A stretch of 64,000 bases of DNA, from the NCBI RefSeq assembly GCF_037042905.1, contig NC_087251.1, positions 28,956,001 to 29,020,000 of the forward strand. The letters are read 5' to 3'. Under the pieces are notes generated by a model that saw only the letters and a list, made by a program, of their open reading frames with translations, was not told the origin of the DNA and ran no database searches. The stretch comes from Lytechinus pictus. Taxonomy: Eukaryota. Positions 34,405 through 49,209 of the stretch are shown in pieces. Within the stretch, counting starts at the first letter, position 1. Each line of letters begins with the position of its first letter. Made by a program: the position numbers and the translations under genes.

Positions 34405-36306
34405 ATGGCAGACATCAGTATGTCAGCTCAGAGAAAACGAAGAGCTCAACGCATGGCAAATCGGCCTCGACGACTAGCCCAAGGACCAGTGTCGGATCAC
34501 GGTGATGAGATCCTTCAAGCCATTGAGTTAGTCAAAGCTAAGCAAGAAGCTGAAGCTTACCCTGGTGGTGATTTCCTTGAGGCGAAGGACCAGGAAACCC
34601 ACACTCCTGAAAAATCGACCTCTATCTTAAGGTAGGACTTTTTTAGGGGGGGGGGTGTAGCTTCTAAAATTGCATTCACTTTGAATGTTGCCTATTTGAC
34701 GAATCGATGTTTCATTGAAATGTCAGTTACTAAATACTTTATAAAATCTCCACGGATATAGCTATTCACAGCCTTCATTCTGCGATATATAAGAGCTTAG
34801 TTTTCGGGGGTAATAACTATGCATAATGTATTTTGTTCTTACCTTGTAGCCACTGTGACAGCAAGCCGACAACGCAGATACCTGTCCACGAGAACAAGAG
34901 TGTTGACGAAGAGGTCATCCAAATGCTGCAAACCAGCGTCACATGTCAAACTCTCAAACTCGATGACCTCTCGACCTTTGACATGGAATGGACTGTAAAG
35001 GTAATGCCGATCAAAATCATCTTTAATACATGCACAATATCTCAAATATGACACTGATTTAGATCGGAAAGACAAGTTAAAATAGATAATGATAATGTTG
35101 TATTAATTTTATTTTTACTTAAGATTTGAACCCTAAATGTAAACACAAAACATTGACACACACTTCAATCGATTAATACGAATTACCCTTTCTATATAGT
35201 TGGATTGAAGGACATTTTTTCATTCATTTGGCAGAGCCTGGAAACGCTCGTGGAGATTGGGCGGGGCAGCTACGGTCGCGTCCTTCTAGCACGTCATCGT
35301 TCCACAGGCGTCCCTCTTGCGGTCAAAGAACCGTCTTGGTCAGACGATTTTGCCTCGCCCGGTGAAATGGTTGAGGAACTCAAGGCAACAAGGACCAGAG
35401 CTACAAAGGAGGCACTGATCCAACAGTTGTTGTCAGGAAGTCCCTACTTTCCAAAGTTATGGGGTACGCTAGACCTCGGAAACGAACTCTGCCAGGCCGT
35501 CGAGTTCATCGGATGCAAGAAGACAGGCACTGGCTACCCTCTCCACGCACCACCACGTCTATCAGTCAGCAACGTTGTCAAGATCGCAGAGGATATCGTC
35601 AAGGGAATGAAGGAGTTCCATGATCACGGACTTCTCCATAATGACTTGAAGAATGATAACGTGCTGTTAGAAAAACGCGGCAAACGATACAACGCCGTCA
35701 TCATCGATTTCGGCATGGCGAGCACAATGACGGCACCAGCAAAAATGGTTGGGGTCACCAAAGAACTGAAAATGGCATATGTGCACGGAGGGGAGGCGGA
35801 CTACATAGCACCTGAGGTTGTCCTGGATGAACAGCCGACATCAGTTGCTTCAGACGTGTTTTCGATCGGCCGTATCTTTTCGGATATGGGAGAGATATTC
35901 GAAGGTAATTATCGAATCTTTATCACCATCTCATATATTGAATGGAAAACTCGCTGTTCACAAAATAATACATGTCTAAAAAAAAATCTGTTCATGAAAT
36001 ATTTAAACCGCAACCATTTTCTTGATTCTCCTTTTGATTTTCACCCATTCATTGAATATCATTTTGTTCAATGCATAATTATCTCCGTTTCCTTTGCTTC
36101 TCTTTATGTTTCTCCTAACTTCAGATCTCCACTCTCCCGTGGTTCGAACACTGACCAAGATAGGATCTAAGTGCATGGCAAATGATCCTGATCACCGCCC
36201 AAGCCTTGATACCATCCAAACTCAAATCGACAAACTCCAACGGCCAAGTAGATGGAGGCGTGTCAAGCGATGGTTCGCAAGAAAACTACATCTACGCAGA
36301 AAGTAG
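34405..36306 (+). CDS. Kinase copy 7: join(34405..34631,34850..35000,35235..35904,36125..36306)
   Basis: Same exons and translation as copy 2. Preceded by the 331-bp deletion. Confidence 0.88.
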
Positions 36307-38706
36307 TCCCACTATAACTCATATTTTGGCACCATCTGATAATAAAATCACCATGAAAACATTCATTGTTCCTCATTGTTTTCTTTCGCTCACATTCTAG
36401 AAGAAAATGTTATCAAAGTTAAGATTTTCCATCTTCAAGATGTTTCTCTGGATAACCCTATCCACTTCATGAGATTTTATTCCATGTTGAGGTTTACTGG
36501 TATTATTTTCAACTAGAAAACAAAATGTGCTCCAAATAAATAATAAGAACAGCAGCAGATGTAATGATGGCGACGACGATTGTGAGGAAAAGGGGGAGTA
36601 AATCATAATATCAATGATATTAAGAATAATGACAAAATGATAAGGAGGATGTCTATTATTCTCACAAATATCACTCAAAACAATAGTAGAGATAGTGAGA
36701 AGAGGGAGAGAGATAAAAAGAGACATCGAGGGAAAGTGGGTGCACATTTTTGCGGAAGTCAGAGTAGAATAAAAGATAGAAAGAGAGAGGGAGGGGCTAG
36801 GGTTGTGGTGGCTATGTTTGAAGATACATAATAAAAACGTGACCTTGAGAGGGAGACATTTAAGTTTCAAAGCGGTATCGTTATGGTGTCACGCGCGTAA
36901 AACATTCCCCATAGACTTGTGTGTTAAAATGACACTTTTGAAAAATTCATAAAAAATAAACGTGAAATTAGAGGGCCGAATGTTTACTACCATTGGATAG
37001 GATATATATCTGACCAGAGAAGGGTATCGTAGCCGGCTCATTTTAAAAATAAATCGCCATTTATGAAGATAACTATGATGGGATCAAATTTATCGACTGT
37101 AACAGTAAAATAGCCCTAATTCGTCCGCCAGTCAAAAAAATAGTTCCAAAGTCATTTTATATCTTCCCGATTTGGGCAAGGGAAGTTCAGTTGTTACCAT
37201 TTTTAGAATCAGTGTTAGATTTTCAATCATATTCATACACTTTTGTCAATCAGCAATATCTAATTGAAAAAAAATTCGAATGGGTTGGGTCGAATGAATA
37301 TCTTTAGCCCTCCTGTTGTAATTAGGCTCATGGAACCTTTATATACCCTGCTCTGTCTGCTATCAGCGGTAGATTCCCAACACTCCCCTAATAATTTGTA
37401 CCTTAAGCCTTAATAAAATTTTCATTACAAACCATCATTGCATTATTCAAGATAATCATGAATTGTTATTCCCTCTCCTTAAGTCTACCCACTCTGAGAC
37501 CTATAATTATCCTTCACTGAATGTCTCAACATCGATATTCAAGCAGAAAGATCACTCCCTAGCAATTTCTCATCCGGCGCTGACAAGATTGATATCCAAA
37601 TTCTCCTATGAAGCTTGTTTTGAAAAAATACTAGAATCACATTTTACTTCCTACATACAAAAAAATACTAACGAGCAAAATGTGTTTTAAAGGTTATTCA
37701 ACAAAAACATATAAATCATCAGAAAGTTACAGAAACTAGAATCTTACCCCGCCCCCCCCCCCCCCCATCACGTATTTTCATCTGTCGCTTGTCATTCTTT
37801 CTCCCTCTCCCTCAAACGTGAAATAGGCATAATTACAATGATCAAATGAAAAACACAGGAACATAACATCTGATTCGGACAAATAAAGCTCATAAAAGTG
37901 CAAGTAAGGAAAAACATGCGAATCGACACTCTTGTGTTTTCGAATCGCCAGAAAATTTTGGTTTTGTACGCTGATTCTCCGGCGCGCACAATATATTGGG
38001 AAATGTGCCGTTTGATACGCGCTCTCATTCGCTGAAAGTTTTGACCTAATATGACGACACAATGGTCAATAGGGTATGCAACACTGATTCTTCTACGCTC
38101 ATGTTGGGTACGCGTTTTCATTGGCTGAAAGTTTTAAGCTAATGACGAAACAATGGTTGACAAGGGCGCACTTTGAATGGTATCTTTGAGTAACAAACAG
38201 TGACGTTCCTTGTCTCAGTTTTGATTTAGCTCTCGGAGTGCAACTATTGCTTCTTCCTCGCTTTCGAAACTTTTCTTCAATTGAATTACCCAATTCAATC
38301 GATTCGTTCTCAAGTAAATTGGCCATTTCTGACCAGGTAATCGAATTGCAACGGATCGCTCCTGAAAACTATCAAATCTTATTAGATTGAGTTAAATTAA
38401 TTCTTTTTACACAATAGTTTAACACCTATTCAACATGTTTTAACAAGTTATTTGCAAGAAATCCAAAATATCTAGTCAATTTACACAAGACGTAAAGATT
38501 GACGGGAAATTAATTATATTGAGGGAGAAGGAGAGAGTGAAAGAAAGAAAAAAAAGTCAAGTGATTTTCTAGTCATGTTGCTTGAAATCGAATCTAAGAA
38601 TACATATGTCGACTTACTGAACCTAACTTGTTTCAGAGCATCGCATGATTATGTCACAAATGATTTTACGTATCATTATCCAATAACTATCTCAGAAACT
38701 TTGAAA

Positions 38707-40609
38707 ATGGCAGACATCAGTATGTCAGCTCAGAGAAAACGAAGAGCTCAACGCATGGCAAATCGGCCTCGACGACTAGCCCAAGGACCAGTGTCGGATC
38801 ACGGTGATGAGATCCTTCAAGCCATTGAGTTAGTCAAAGCTAAGCAAGAAGCTGAAGCTTACCCTGGTGGTGATTTCCTTGAGGCGAAGGACCAGGAAAC
38901 CCACACTCCTGAAAAATCGACCTCTATCTTAAGGTAGGACTTTTTTAGGGGGGGGGGGTGTAGCTTCTAAAATTGCATTCACTTTGAATGTTGCCTATTT
39001 GACGAATCGATGTTTCATTGAAATGTCAGTTACTAAATACTTTATAAAATCTCCACGGATATAGCTATTCACAGCCTTCATTCTGCGATATATAAGAGCT
39101 TAGTTTTCGGGGGTAATAACTATGCATAATGTATTTTGTTCTTACCTTGTAGCCACTGTGACAGCAAGCCGACAACGCAGATACCTGTCCACGAGAACAA
39201 GAGTGTTGACGAAGAGGTCATCCAAATGCTGCAAACCAGCGTCACATGTCAAACTCTCAAACTCGATGACCTCTCGACCTTTGACATGGAATGGACTGTA
39301 AAGGTAATGCCGATCAAAATCATCTTTAATACATGCACAATATCTCAAATATGACACTGATTTAGATCGGAAAGACAAGTTAAAATAGATAATGATAATG
39401 TTGTATTAATTTTATTTTTACTTAAGATTTGAACCCTAAATGTAAACACAAAACATTGACACACACTTCAATCGATTAATACGAATTACCCTTTCTATAT
39501 AGTTGGATTGAAGGACATTTTTTCATTCATTTGGCAGAGCCTGGAAACGCTCGTGGAGATTGGGCGGGGCAGCTACGGTCGCGTCCTTCTAGCACGTCAT
39601 CGTTCCACAGGCGTCCCTCTTGCGGTCAAAGAACCGTCTTGGTCAGACGATTTTGCCTCGCCCGGTGAAATGGTTGAGGAACTCAAGGCAACAAGGACCA
39701 GAGCTACAAAGGAGGCACTGATCCAACAGTTGTTGTCAGGAAGTCCCTACTTTCCAAAGTTATGGGGTACGCTAGACCTCGGAAACGAACTCTGCCAGGC
39801 CGTCGAGTTCATCGGATGCAAGAAGACAGGCACTGGCTACCCTCTCCACGCACCACCACGTCTATCAGTCAGCAACGTTGTCAAGATCGCAGAGGATATC
39901 GTCAAGGGAATGAAGGAGTTCCATGATCACGGACTTCTCCATAATGACTTGAAGAATGATAACGTGCTGTTAGAAAAACGCGGCAAACGATACAACGCCG
40001 TCATCATCGATTTCGGCATGGCGAGCACAATGACGGCACCAGCAAAAATGGTTGGGGTCACCAAAGAACTGAAAATGGCATATGTGCACGGAGGGGAGGC
40101 GGACTACATAGCACCTGAGGTTGTCCTGGATGAACAGCCGACATCAGTTGCTTCAGACGTGTTTTCGATCGGCCGTATCTTTTCGGATATGGGAGAGATA
40201 TTCGAAGGTAATTATCGAATCTTTATCACCATCTCATATATTGAATGGAAAACTCGCTGTTCACAAAATAATACATGTCTAAAAAAAAATCTGTTCATGA
40301 AATATTTAAACCGCAACCATTTTCTTGATTCTCCTTTTGATTTTCACCCATTCATTGAATATCATTTTGTTCAATGCATAATTATCTCCGTTTCCTTTGC
40401 TTCTCTTTATGTTTCTCCTAACTTCAGATCTCCACTCTCCCGTGGTTCGAACACTGACCAAGATAGGATCTAAGTGCATGGCAAATGATCCTGATCACCG
40501 CCCAAGCCTTGATACCATCCAAACTCAAATCGACAAACTCCAACGGCCAAGTAGATGGAGGCGTGTCAAGCGATGGTTCGCAAGAAAACTACATCTACGC
40601 AGAAAGTAG
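38707..40609 (+). CDS. Kinase copy 8: join(38707..38933,39153..39303,39538..40207,40428..40609)
   Basis: Same exons and translation as copy 2, with the full upstream region. Confidence 0.9.
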
Positions 40610-43007
40610 TCCCACTATAACTCATATTTTGGCACCATCTGATAATAAAATCACCATGAAAACATTCATTGTTCCTCATTGTTTTCTTTCGCTCACATTC
40701 TAGAAGAAAATGTTATCAAAGTTAAGATTTTCCATCTTCAAGATGTTTCTCTGGATAACCCTATCCACTTCATGAGATTTTATTCCATGTTGAGGTTTAC
40801 TGGTATTATTTTCAACTAGAAAACAAAATGTGCTCCAAATAAATAATAAGAACAGCAGCAGATGTAATGATGGCGACGACGATTGTGAGGAAAAGGGGGA
40901 GTAAATCATAATATCAATGATATTAAGAATAATGACAAAATGATAAGGAGGATGTCTATTATTCTCACAAATATCACTCAAAACAATAGTAGAGATAGTG
41001 AGAAGAGGGAGAGAGATAAAAAGAGACATCGAGGGAAAGTGGGTGCACATTTTTGCGGAAGTCAGAGTAGAATAAAAGATAGAAAGAGAGAGGGAGGGGC
41101 TAGGGTTGTGGTGGCTATGTTTGAAGATACATAATAAAAACGTGACCTTGAGAGGGAGACATTTAAGTTTCAAAGCGGTATCGTTATGGTGTCACGCGCG
41201 TAAAACATTCCCCATAGACTTGTGTGTTAAAATGACACTTTTGAAAAATTCATAAAAAATAAACGTGAAATTAGAGGGCCGAATGTTTACTACCATTGGA
41301 TAGGATATATATCTGACCAGAGAAGGGTATCGTAGCCGGCTCATTTTAAAAATAAATCGCCATTTATGAAGATAACTATGATGGGATCAAATTTATCGAC
41401 TGTAACAGTAAAATAGCCCTAATTCGTCCGCCAGTCAAAAAAATAGTTCCAAAGTCATTTTATATCTTCCCGATTTGGGCAAGGGAAGTTCAGTTGTTAC
41501 CATTTTTAGAATCAGTGTTAGATTTTCAATCATATTCATACACTTTTGTCAATCAGCAATATCTAATTGAAAAAAAATTCGAATGGGTTGGGTCGAATGA
41601 ATATCTTTAGCCCTCCTGTTGTAATTAGGCTCATGGAACCTTTATATACCCTGCTCTGTCTGCTATCAGCGGTAGATTCCCAACACTCCCCTAATAATTT
41701 GTACCTTAAGCCTTAATAAAATTTTCATTACAAACCATCATTGCATTATTCAAGATAATCATGAATTGTTATTCCCTCTCCTTAAGTCTACCCACTCTGA
41801 GACCTATAATTATCCTTCACTGAATGTCTCAACATCGATATTCAAGCAGAAAGATCACTCCCTAGCAATTTCTCATCCGGCGCTGACAAGATTGATATCC
41901 AAATTCTCCTATGAAGCTTGTTTTGAAAAAATACTAGAATCACATTTTACTTCCTACATACAAAAAAATACTAACGAGCAAAATGTGTTTTAAAGGTTAT
42001 TCAACAAAAACATATAAATCATCAGAAAGTTACAGAAACTAGAATCTTACCCCGCCCCCCCCCCCCCATCACGTATTTTCATCTGTCGCTTGTCATTCTT
42101 TCTCCCTCTCCCTCAAACGTGAAATAGGCATAATTACAATGATCAAATGAAAAACACAGGAACATAACATCTGATTCGGACAAATAAAGCTCATAAAAGT
42201 GCAAGTAAGGAAAAACATGCGAATCGACACTCTTGTGTTTTCGAATCGCCAGAAAATTTTGGTTTTGTACGCTGATTCTCCGGCGCGCACAATATATTGG
42301 GAAATGTGCCGTTTGATACGCGCTCTCATTCGCTGAAAGTTTTGACCTAATATGACGACACAATGGTCAATAGGGTATGCAACACTGATTCTTCTACGCT
42401 CATGTTGGGTACGCGTTTTCATTGGCTGAAAGTTTTAAGCTAATGACGAAACAATGGTTGACAAGGGCGCACTTTGAATGGTATCTTTGAGTAACAAACA
42501 GTGACGTTCCTTGTCTCAGTTTTGATTTAGCTCTCGGAGTGCAACTATTGCTTCTTCCTCGCTTTCGAAACTTTTCTTCAATTGAATTACCCAATTCAAT
42601 CGATTCGTTCTCAAGTAAATTGGCCATTTCTGACCAGGTAATCGAATTGCAACGGATCGCTCCTGAAAACTATCAAATCTTATTAGATTGAGTTAAATTA
42701 ATTCTTTTTACACAATAGTTTAACACCTATTCAACATGTTTTAACAAGTTATTTGCAAGAAATCCAAAATATCTAGTCAATTTACACAAGACGTAAAGAT
42801 TGACGGGAAATTAATTATATTGAGGGAGAAGGAGAGAGTGAAAGAAAGAAAAAAAAGTCAAGTGATTTTCTAGTCATGTTGCTTGAAATCGAATCTAAGA
42901 ATACATATGTCGACTTACTGAACCTAACTTGTTTCAGAGCATCGCATGATTATGTCACAAATGATTTTACGTATCATTATCCAATAACTATCTCAGAAAC
43001 TTTGAAA

Positions 43008-44909
43008 ATGGCAGACATCAGTATGTCAGCTCAGAGAAAACGAAGAGCTCAACGCATGGCAAATCGGCCTCGACGACTAGCCCAAGGACCAGTGTCGGAT
43101 CACGGTGATGAGATCCTTCAAGCCATTGAGTTAGTCAAAGCTAAGCAAGAAGCTGAAGCTTACCCTGGTGGTGATTTCCTTGAGGCGAAGGACCAGGAAA
43201 CCCACACTCCTGAAAAATCGACCTCTATCTTAAGGTAGGACTTTTTTAGGGGGGGGGGTGTAGCTTCTAAAATTGCATTCACTTTGAATGTTGCCTATTT
43301 GACGAATCGATGTTTCATTGAAATGTCAGTTACTAAATACTTTATAAAATCTCCACGGATATAGCTATTCACAGCCTTCATTCTGCGATATATAAGAGCT
43401 TAGTTTTCGGGGGTAATAACTATGCATAATGTATTTTGTTCTTACCTTGTAGCCACTGTGACAGCAAGCCGACAACGCAGATACCTGTCCACGAGAACAA
43501 GAGTGTTGACGAAGAGGTCATCCAAATGCTGCAAACCAGCGTCACATGTCAAACTCTCAAACTCGATGACCTCTCGACCTTTGACATGGAATGGACTGTA
43601 AAGGTAATGCCGATCAAAATCATCTTTAATACATGCACAATATCTCAAATATGACACTGATTTAGATCGGAAAGACAAGTTAAAATAGATAATGATAATG
43701 TTGTATTAATTTTATTTTTACTTAAGATTTGAACCCTAAATGTAAACACAAAACATTGACACACACTTCAATCGATTAATACGAATTACCCTTTCTATAT
43801 AGTTGGATTGAAGGACATTTTTTCATTCATTTGGCAGAGCCTGGAAACGCTCGTGGAGATTGGGCGGGGCAGCTACGGTCGCGTCCTTCTAGCACGTCAT
43901 CGTTCCACAGGCGTCCCTCTTGCGGTCAAAGAACCGTCTTGGTCAGACGATTTTGCCTCGCCCGGTGAAATGGTTGAGGAACTCAAGGCAACAAGGACCA
44001 GAGCTACAAAGGAGGCACTGATCCAACAGTTGTTGTCAGGAAGTCCCTACTTTCCAAAGTTATGGGGTACGCTAGACCTCGGAAACGAACTCTGCCAGGC
44101 CGTCGAGTTCATCGGATGCAAGAAGACAGGCACTGGCTACCCTCTCCACGCACCACCACGTCTATCAGTCAGCAACGTTGTCAAGATCGCAGAGGATATC
44201 GTCAAGGGAATGAAGGAGTTCCATGATCACGGACTTCTCCATAATGACTTGAAGAATGATAACGTGCTGTTAGAAAAACGCGGCAAACGATACAACGCCG
44301 TCATCATCGATTTCGGCATGGCGAGCACAATGACGGCACCAGCAAAAATGGTTGGGGTCACCAAAGAACTGAAAATGGCATATGTGCACGGAGGGGAGGC
44401 GGACTACATAGCACCTGAGGTTGTCCTGGATGAACAGCCGACATCAGTTGCTTCAGACGTGTTTTCGATCGGCCGTATCTTTTCGGATATGGGAGAGATA
44501 TTCGAAGGTAATTATCGAATCTTTATCACCATCTCATATATTGAATGGAAAACTCGCTGTTCACAAAATAATACATGTCTAAAAAAAAATCTGTTCATGA
44601 AATATTTAAACCGCAACCATTTTCTTGATTCTCCTTTTGATTTTCACCCATTCATTGAATATCATTTTGTTCAATGCATAATTATCTCCGTTTCCTTTGC
44701 TTCTCTTTATGTTTCTCCTAACTTCAGATCTCCACTCTCCCGTGGTTCGAACACTGACCAAGATAGGATCTAAGTGCATGGCAAATGATCCTGATCACCG
44801 CCCAAGCCTTGATACCATCCAAACTCAAATCGACAAACTCCAACGGCCAAGTAGATGGAGGCGTGTCAAGCGATGGTTCGCAAGAAAACTACATCTACGC
44901 AGAAAGTAG
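43008..44909 (+). CDS. Kinase copy 9: join(43008..43234,43453..43603,43838..44507,44728..44909)
   Basis: Same exons and translation as copy 2, with the full upstream region. Confidence 0.9.
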
Positions 44910-47307
44910 TCCCACTATAACTCATATTTTGGCACCATCTGATAATAAAATCACCATGAAAACATTCATTGTTCCTCATTGTTTTCTTTCGCTCACATTC
45001 TAGAAGAAAATGTTATCAAAGTTAAGATTTTCCATCTTCAAGATGTTTCTCTGGATAACCCTATCCACTTCATGAGATTTTATTCCATGTTGAGGTTTAC
45101 TGGTATTATTTTCAACTAGAAAACAAAATGTGCTCCAAATAAATAATAAGAACAGCAGCAGATGTAATGATGGCGACGACGATTGTGAGGAAAAGGGGGA
45201 GTAAATCATAATATCAATGATATTAAGAATAATGACAAAATGATAAGGAGGATGTCTATTATTCTCACAAATATCACTCAAAACAATAGTAGAGATAGTG
45301 AGAAGAGGGAGAGAGATAAAAAGAGACATCGAGGGAAAGTGGGTGCACATTTTTGCGGAAGTCAGAGTAGAATAAAAGATAGAAAGAGAGAGGGAGGGGC
45401 TAGGGTTGTGGTGGCTATGTTTGAAGATACATAATAAAAACGTGACCTTGAGAGGGAGACATTTAAGTTTCAAAGCGGTATCGTTATGGTGTCACGCGCG
45501 TAAAACATTCCCCATAGACTTGTGTGTTAAAATGACACTTTTGAAAAATTCATAAAAAATAAACGTGAAATTAGAGGGCCGAATGTTTACTACCATTGGA
45601 TAGGATATATATCTGACCAGAGAAGGGTATCGTAGCCGGCTCATTTTAAAAATAAATCGCCATTTATGAAGATAACTATGATGGGATCAAATTTATCGAC
45701 TGTAACAGTAAAATAGCCCTAATTCGTCCGCCAGTCAAAAAAATAGTTCCAAAGTCATTTTATATCTTCCCGATTTGGGCAAGGGAAGTTCAGTTGTTAC
45801 CATTTTTAGAATCAGTGTTAGATTTTCAATCATATTCATACACTTTTGTCAATCAGCAATATCTAATTGAAAAAAAATTCGAATGGGTTGGGTCGAATGA
45901 ATATCTTTAGCCCTCCTGTTGTAATTAGGCTCATGGAACCTTTATATACCCTGCTCTGTCTGCTATCAGCGGTAGATTCCCAACACTCCCCTAATAATTT
46001 GTACCTTAAGCCTTAATAAAATTTTCATTACAAACCATCATTGCATTATTCAAGATAATCATGAATTGTTATTCCCTCTCCTTAAGTCTACCCACTCTGA
46101 GACCTATAATTATCCTTCACTGAATGTCTCAACATCGATATTCAAGCAGAAAGATCACTCCCTAGCAATTTCTCATCCGGCGCTGACAAGATTGATATCC
46201 AAATTCTCCTATGAAGCTTGTTTTGAAAAAATACTAGAATCACATTTTACTTCCTACATACAAAAAAATACTAACGAGCAAAATGTGTTTTAAAGGTTAT
46301 TCAACAAAAACATATAAATCATCAGAAAGTTACAGAAACTAGAATCTTACCCCGCCCCCCCCCCCCCATCACGTATTTTCATCTGTCGCTTGTCATTCTT
46401 TCTCCCTCTCCCTCAAACGTGAAATAGGCATAATTACAATGATCAAATGAAAAACACAGGAACATAACATCTGATTCGGACAAATAAAGCTCATAAAAGT
46501 GCAAGTAAGGAAAAACATGCGAATCGACACTCTTGTGTTTTCGAATCGCCAGAAAATTTTGGTTTTGTACGCTGATTCTCCGGCGCGCACAATATATTGG
46601 GAAATGTGCCGTTTGATACGCGCTCTCATTCGCTGAAAGTTTTGACCTAATATGACGACACAATGGTCAATAGGGTATGCAACACTGATTCTTCTACGCT
46701 CATGTTGGGTACGCGTTTTCATTGGCTGAAAGTTTTAAGCTAATGACGAAACAATGGTTGACAAGGGCGCACTTTGAATGGTATCTTTGAGTAACAAACA
46801 GTGACGTTCCTTGTCTCAGTTTTGATTTAGCTCTCGGAGTGCAACTATTGCTTCTTCCTCGCTTTCGAAACTTTTCTTCAATTGAATTACCCAATTCAAT
46901 CGATTCGTTCTCAAGTAAATTGGCCATTTCTGACCAGGTAATCGAATTGCAACGGATCGCTCCTGAAAACTATCAAATCTTATTAGATTGAGTTAAATTA
47001 ATTCTTTTTACACAATAGTTTAACACCTATTCAACATGTTTTAACAAGTTATTTGCAAGAAATCCAAAATATCTAGTCAATTTACACAAGACGTAAAGAT
47101 TGACGGGAAATTAATTATATTGAGGGAGAAGGAGAGAGTGAAAGAAAGAAAAAAAAGTCAAGTGATTTTCTAGTCATGTTGCTTGAAATCGAATCTAAGA
47201 ATACATATGTCGACTTACTGAACCTAACTTGTTTCAGAGCATCGCATGATTATGTCACAAATGATTTTACGTATCATTATCCAATAACTATCTCAGAAAC
47301 TTTGAAA

Positions 47308-49209
47308 ATGGCAGACATCAGTATGTCAGCTCAGAGAAAACGAAGAGCTCAACGCATGGCAAATCGGCCTCGACGACTAGCCCAAGGACCAGTGTCGGAT
47401 CACGGTGATGAGATCCTTCAAGCCATTGAGTTAGTCAAAGCTAAGCAAGAAGCTGAAGCTTACCCTGGTGGTGATTTCCTTGAGGCGAAGGACCAGGAAA
47501 CCCACACTCCTGAAAAATCGACCTCTATCTTAAGGTAGGACTTTTTTAGGGGGGGGGGTGTAGCTTCTAAAATTGCATTCACTTTGAATGTTGCCTATTT
47601 GACGAATCGATGTTTCATTGAAATGTCAGTTACTAAATACTTTATAAAATCTCCACGGATATAGCTATTCACAGCCTTCATTCTGCGATATATAAGAGCT
47701 TAGTTTTCGGGGGTAATAACTATGCATAATGTATTTTGTTCTTACCTTGTAGCCACTGTGACAGCAAGCCGACAACGCAGATACCTGTCCACGAGAACAA
47801 GAGTGTTGACGAAGAGGTCATCCAAATGCTGCAAACCAGCGTCACATGTCAAACTCTCAAACTCGATGACCTCTCGACCTTTGACATGGAATGGACTGTA
47901 AAGGTAATGCCGATCAAAATCATCTTTAATACATGCACAATATCTCAAATATGACACTGATTTAGATCGGAAAGACAAGTTAAAATAGATAATGATAATG
48001 TTGTATTAATTTTATTTTTACTTAAGATTTGAACCCTAAATGTAAACACAAAACATTGACACACACTTCAATCGATTAATACGAATTACCCTTTCTATAT
48101 AGTTGGATTGAAGGACATTTTTTCATTCATTTGGCAGAGCCTGGAAACGCTCGTGGAGATTGGGCGGGGCAGCTACGGTCGCGTCCTTCTAGCACGTCAT
48201 CGTTCCACAGGCGTCCCTCTTGCGGTCAAAGAACCGTCTTGGTCAGACGATTTTGCCTCGCCCGGTGAAATGGTTGAGGAACTCAAGGCAACAAGGACCA
48301 GAGCTACAAAGGAGGCACTGATCCAACAGTTGTTGTCAGGAAGTCCCTACTTTCCAAAGTTATGGGGTACGCTAGACCTCGGAAACGAACTCTGCCAGGC
48401 CGTCGAGTTCATCGGATGCAAGAAGACAGGCACTGGCTACCCTCTCCACGCACCACCACGTCTATCAGTCAGCAACGTTGTCAAGATCGCAGAGGATATC
48501 GTCAAGGGAATGAAGGAGTTCCATGATCACGGACTTCTCCATAATGACTTGAAGAATGATAACGTGCTGTTAGAAAAACGCGGCAAACGATACAACGCCG
48601 TCATCATCGATTTCGGCATGGCGAGCACAATGACGGCACCAGCAAAAATGGTTGGGGTCACCAAAGAACTGAAAATGGCATATGTGCACGGAGGGGAGGC
48701 GGACTACATAGCACCTGAGGTTGTCCTGGATGAACAGCCGACATCAGTTGCTTCAGACGTGTTTTCGATCGGCCGTATCTTTTCGGATATGGGAGAGATA
48801 TTCGAAGGTAATTATCGAATCTTTATCACCATCTCATATATTGAATGGAAAACTCGCTGTTCACAAAATAATACATGTCTAAAAAAAAATCTGTTCATGA
48901 AATATTTAAACCGCAACCATTTTCTTGATTCTCCTTTTGATTTTCACCCATTCATTGAATATCATTTTGTTCAATGCATAATTATCTCCGTTTCCTTTGC
49001 TTCTCTTTATGTTTCTCCTAACTTCAGATCTCCACTCTCCCGTGGTTCGAACACTGACCAAGATAGGATCTAAGTGCATGGCAAATGATCCTGATCACCG
49101 CCCAAGCCTTGATACCATCCAAACTCAAATCGACAAACTCCAACGGCCAAGTAGATGGAGGCGTGTCAAGCGATGGTTCGCAAGAAAACTACATCTACGC
49201 AGAAAGTAG
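47308..49209 (+). CDS. Kinase copy 10: join(47308..47534,47753..47903,48138..48807,49028..49209)
   Basis: Same exons and translation as copy 2, with the full upstream region. Confidence 0.9.
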
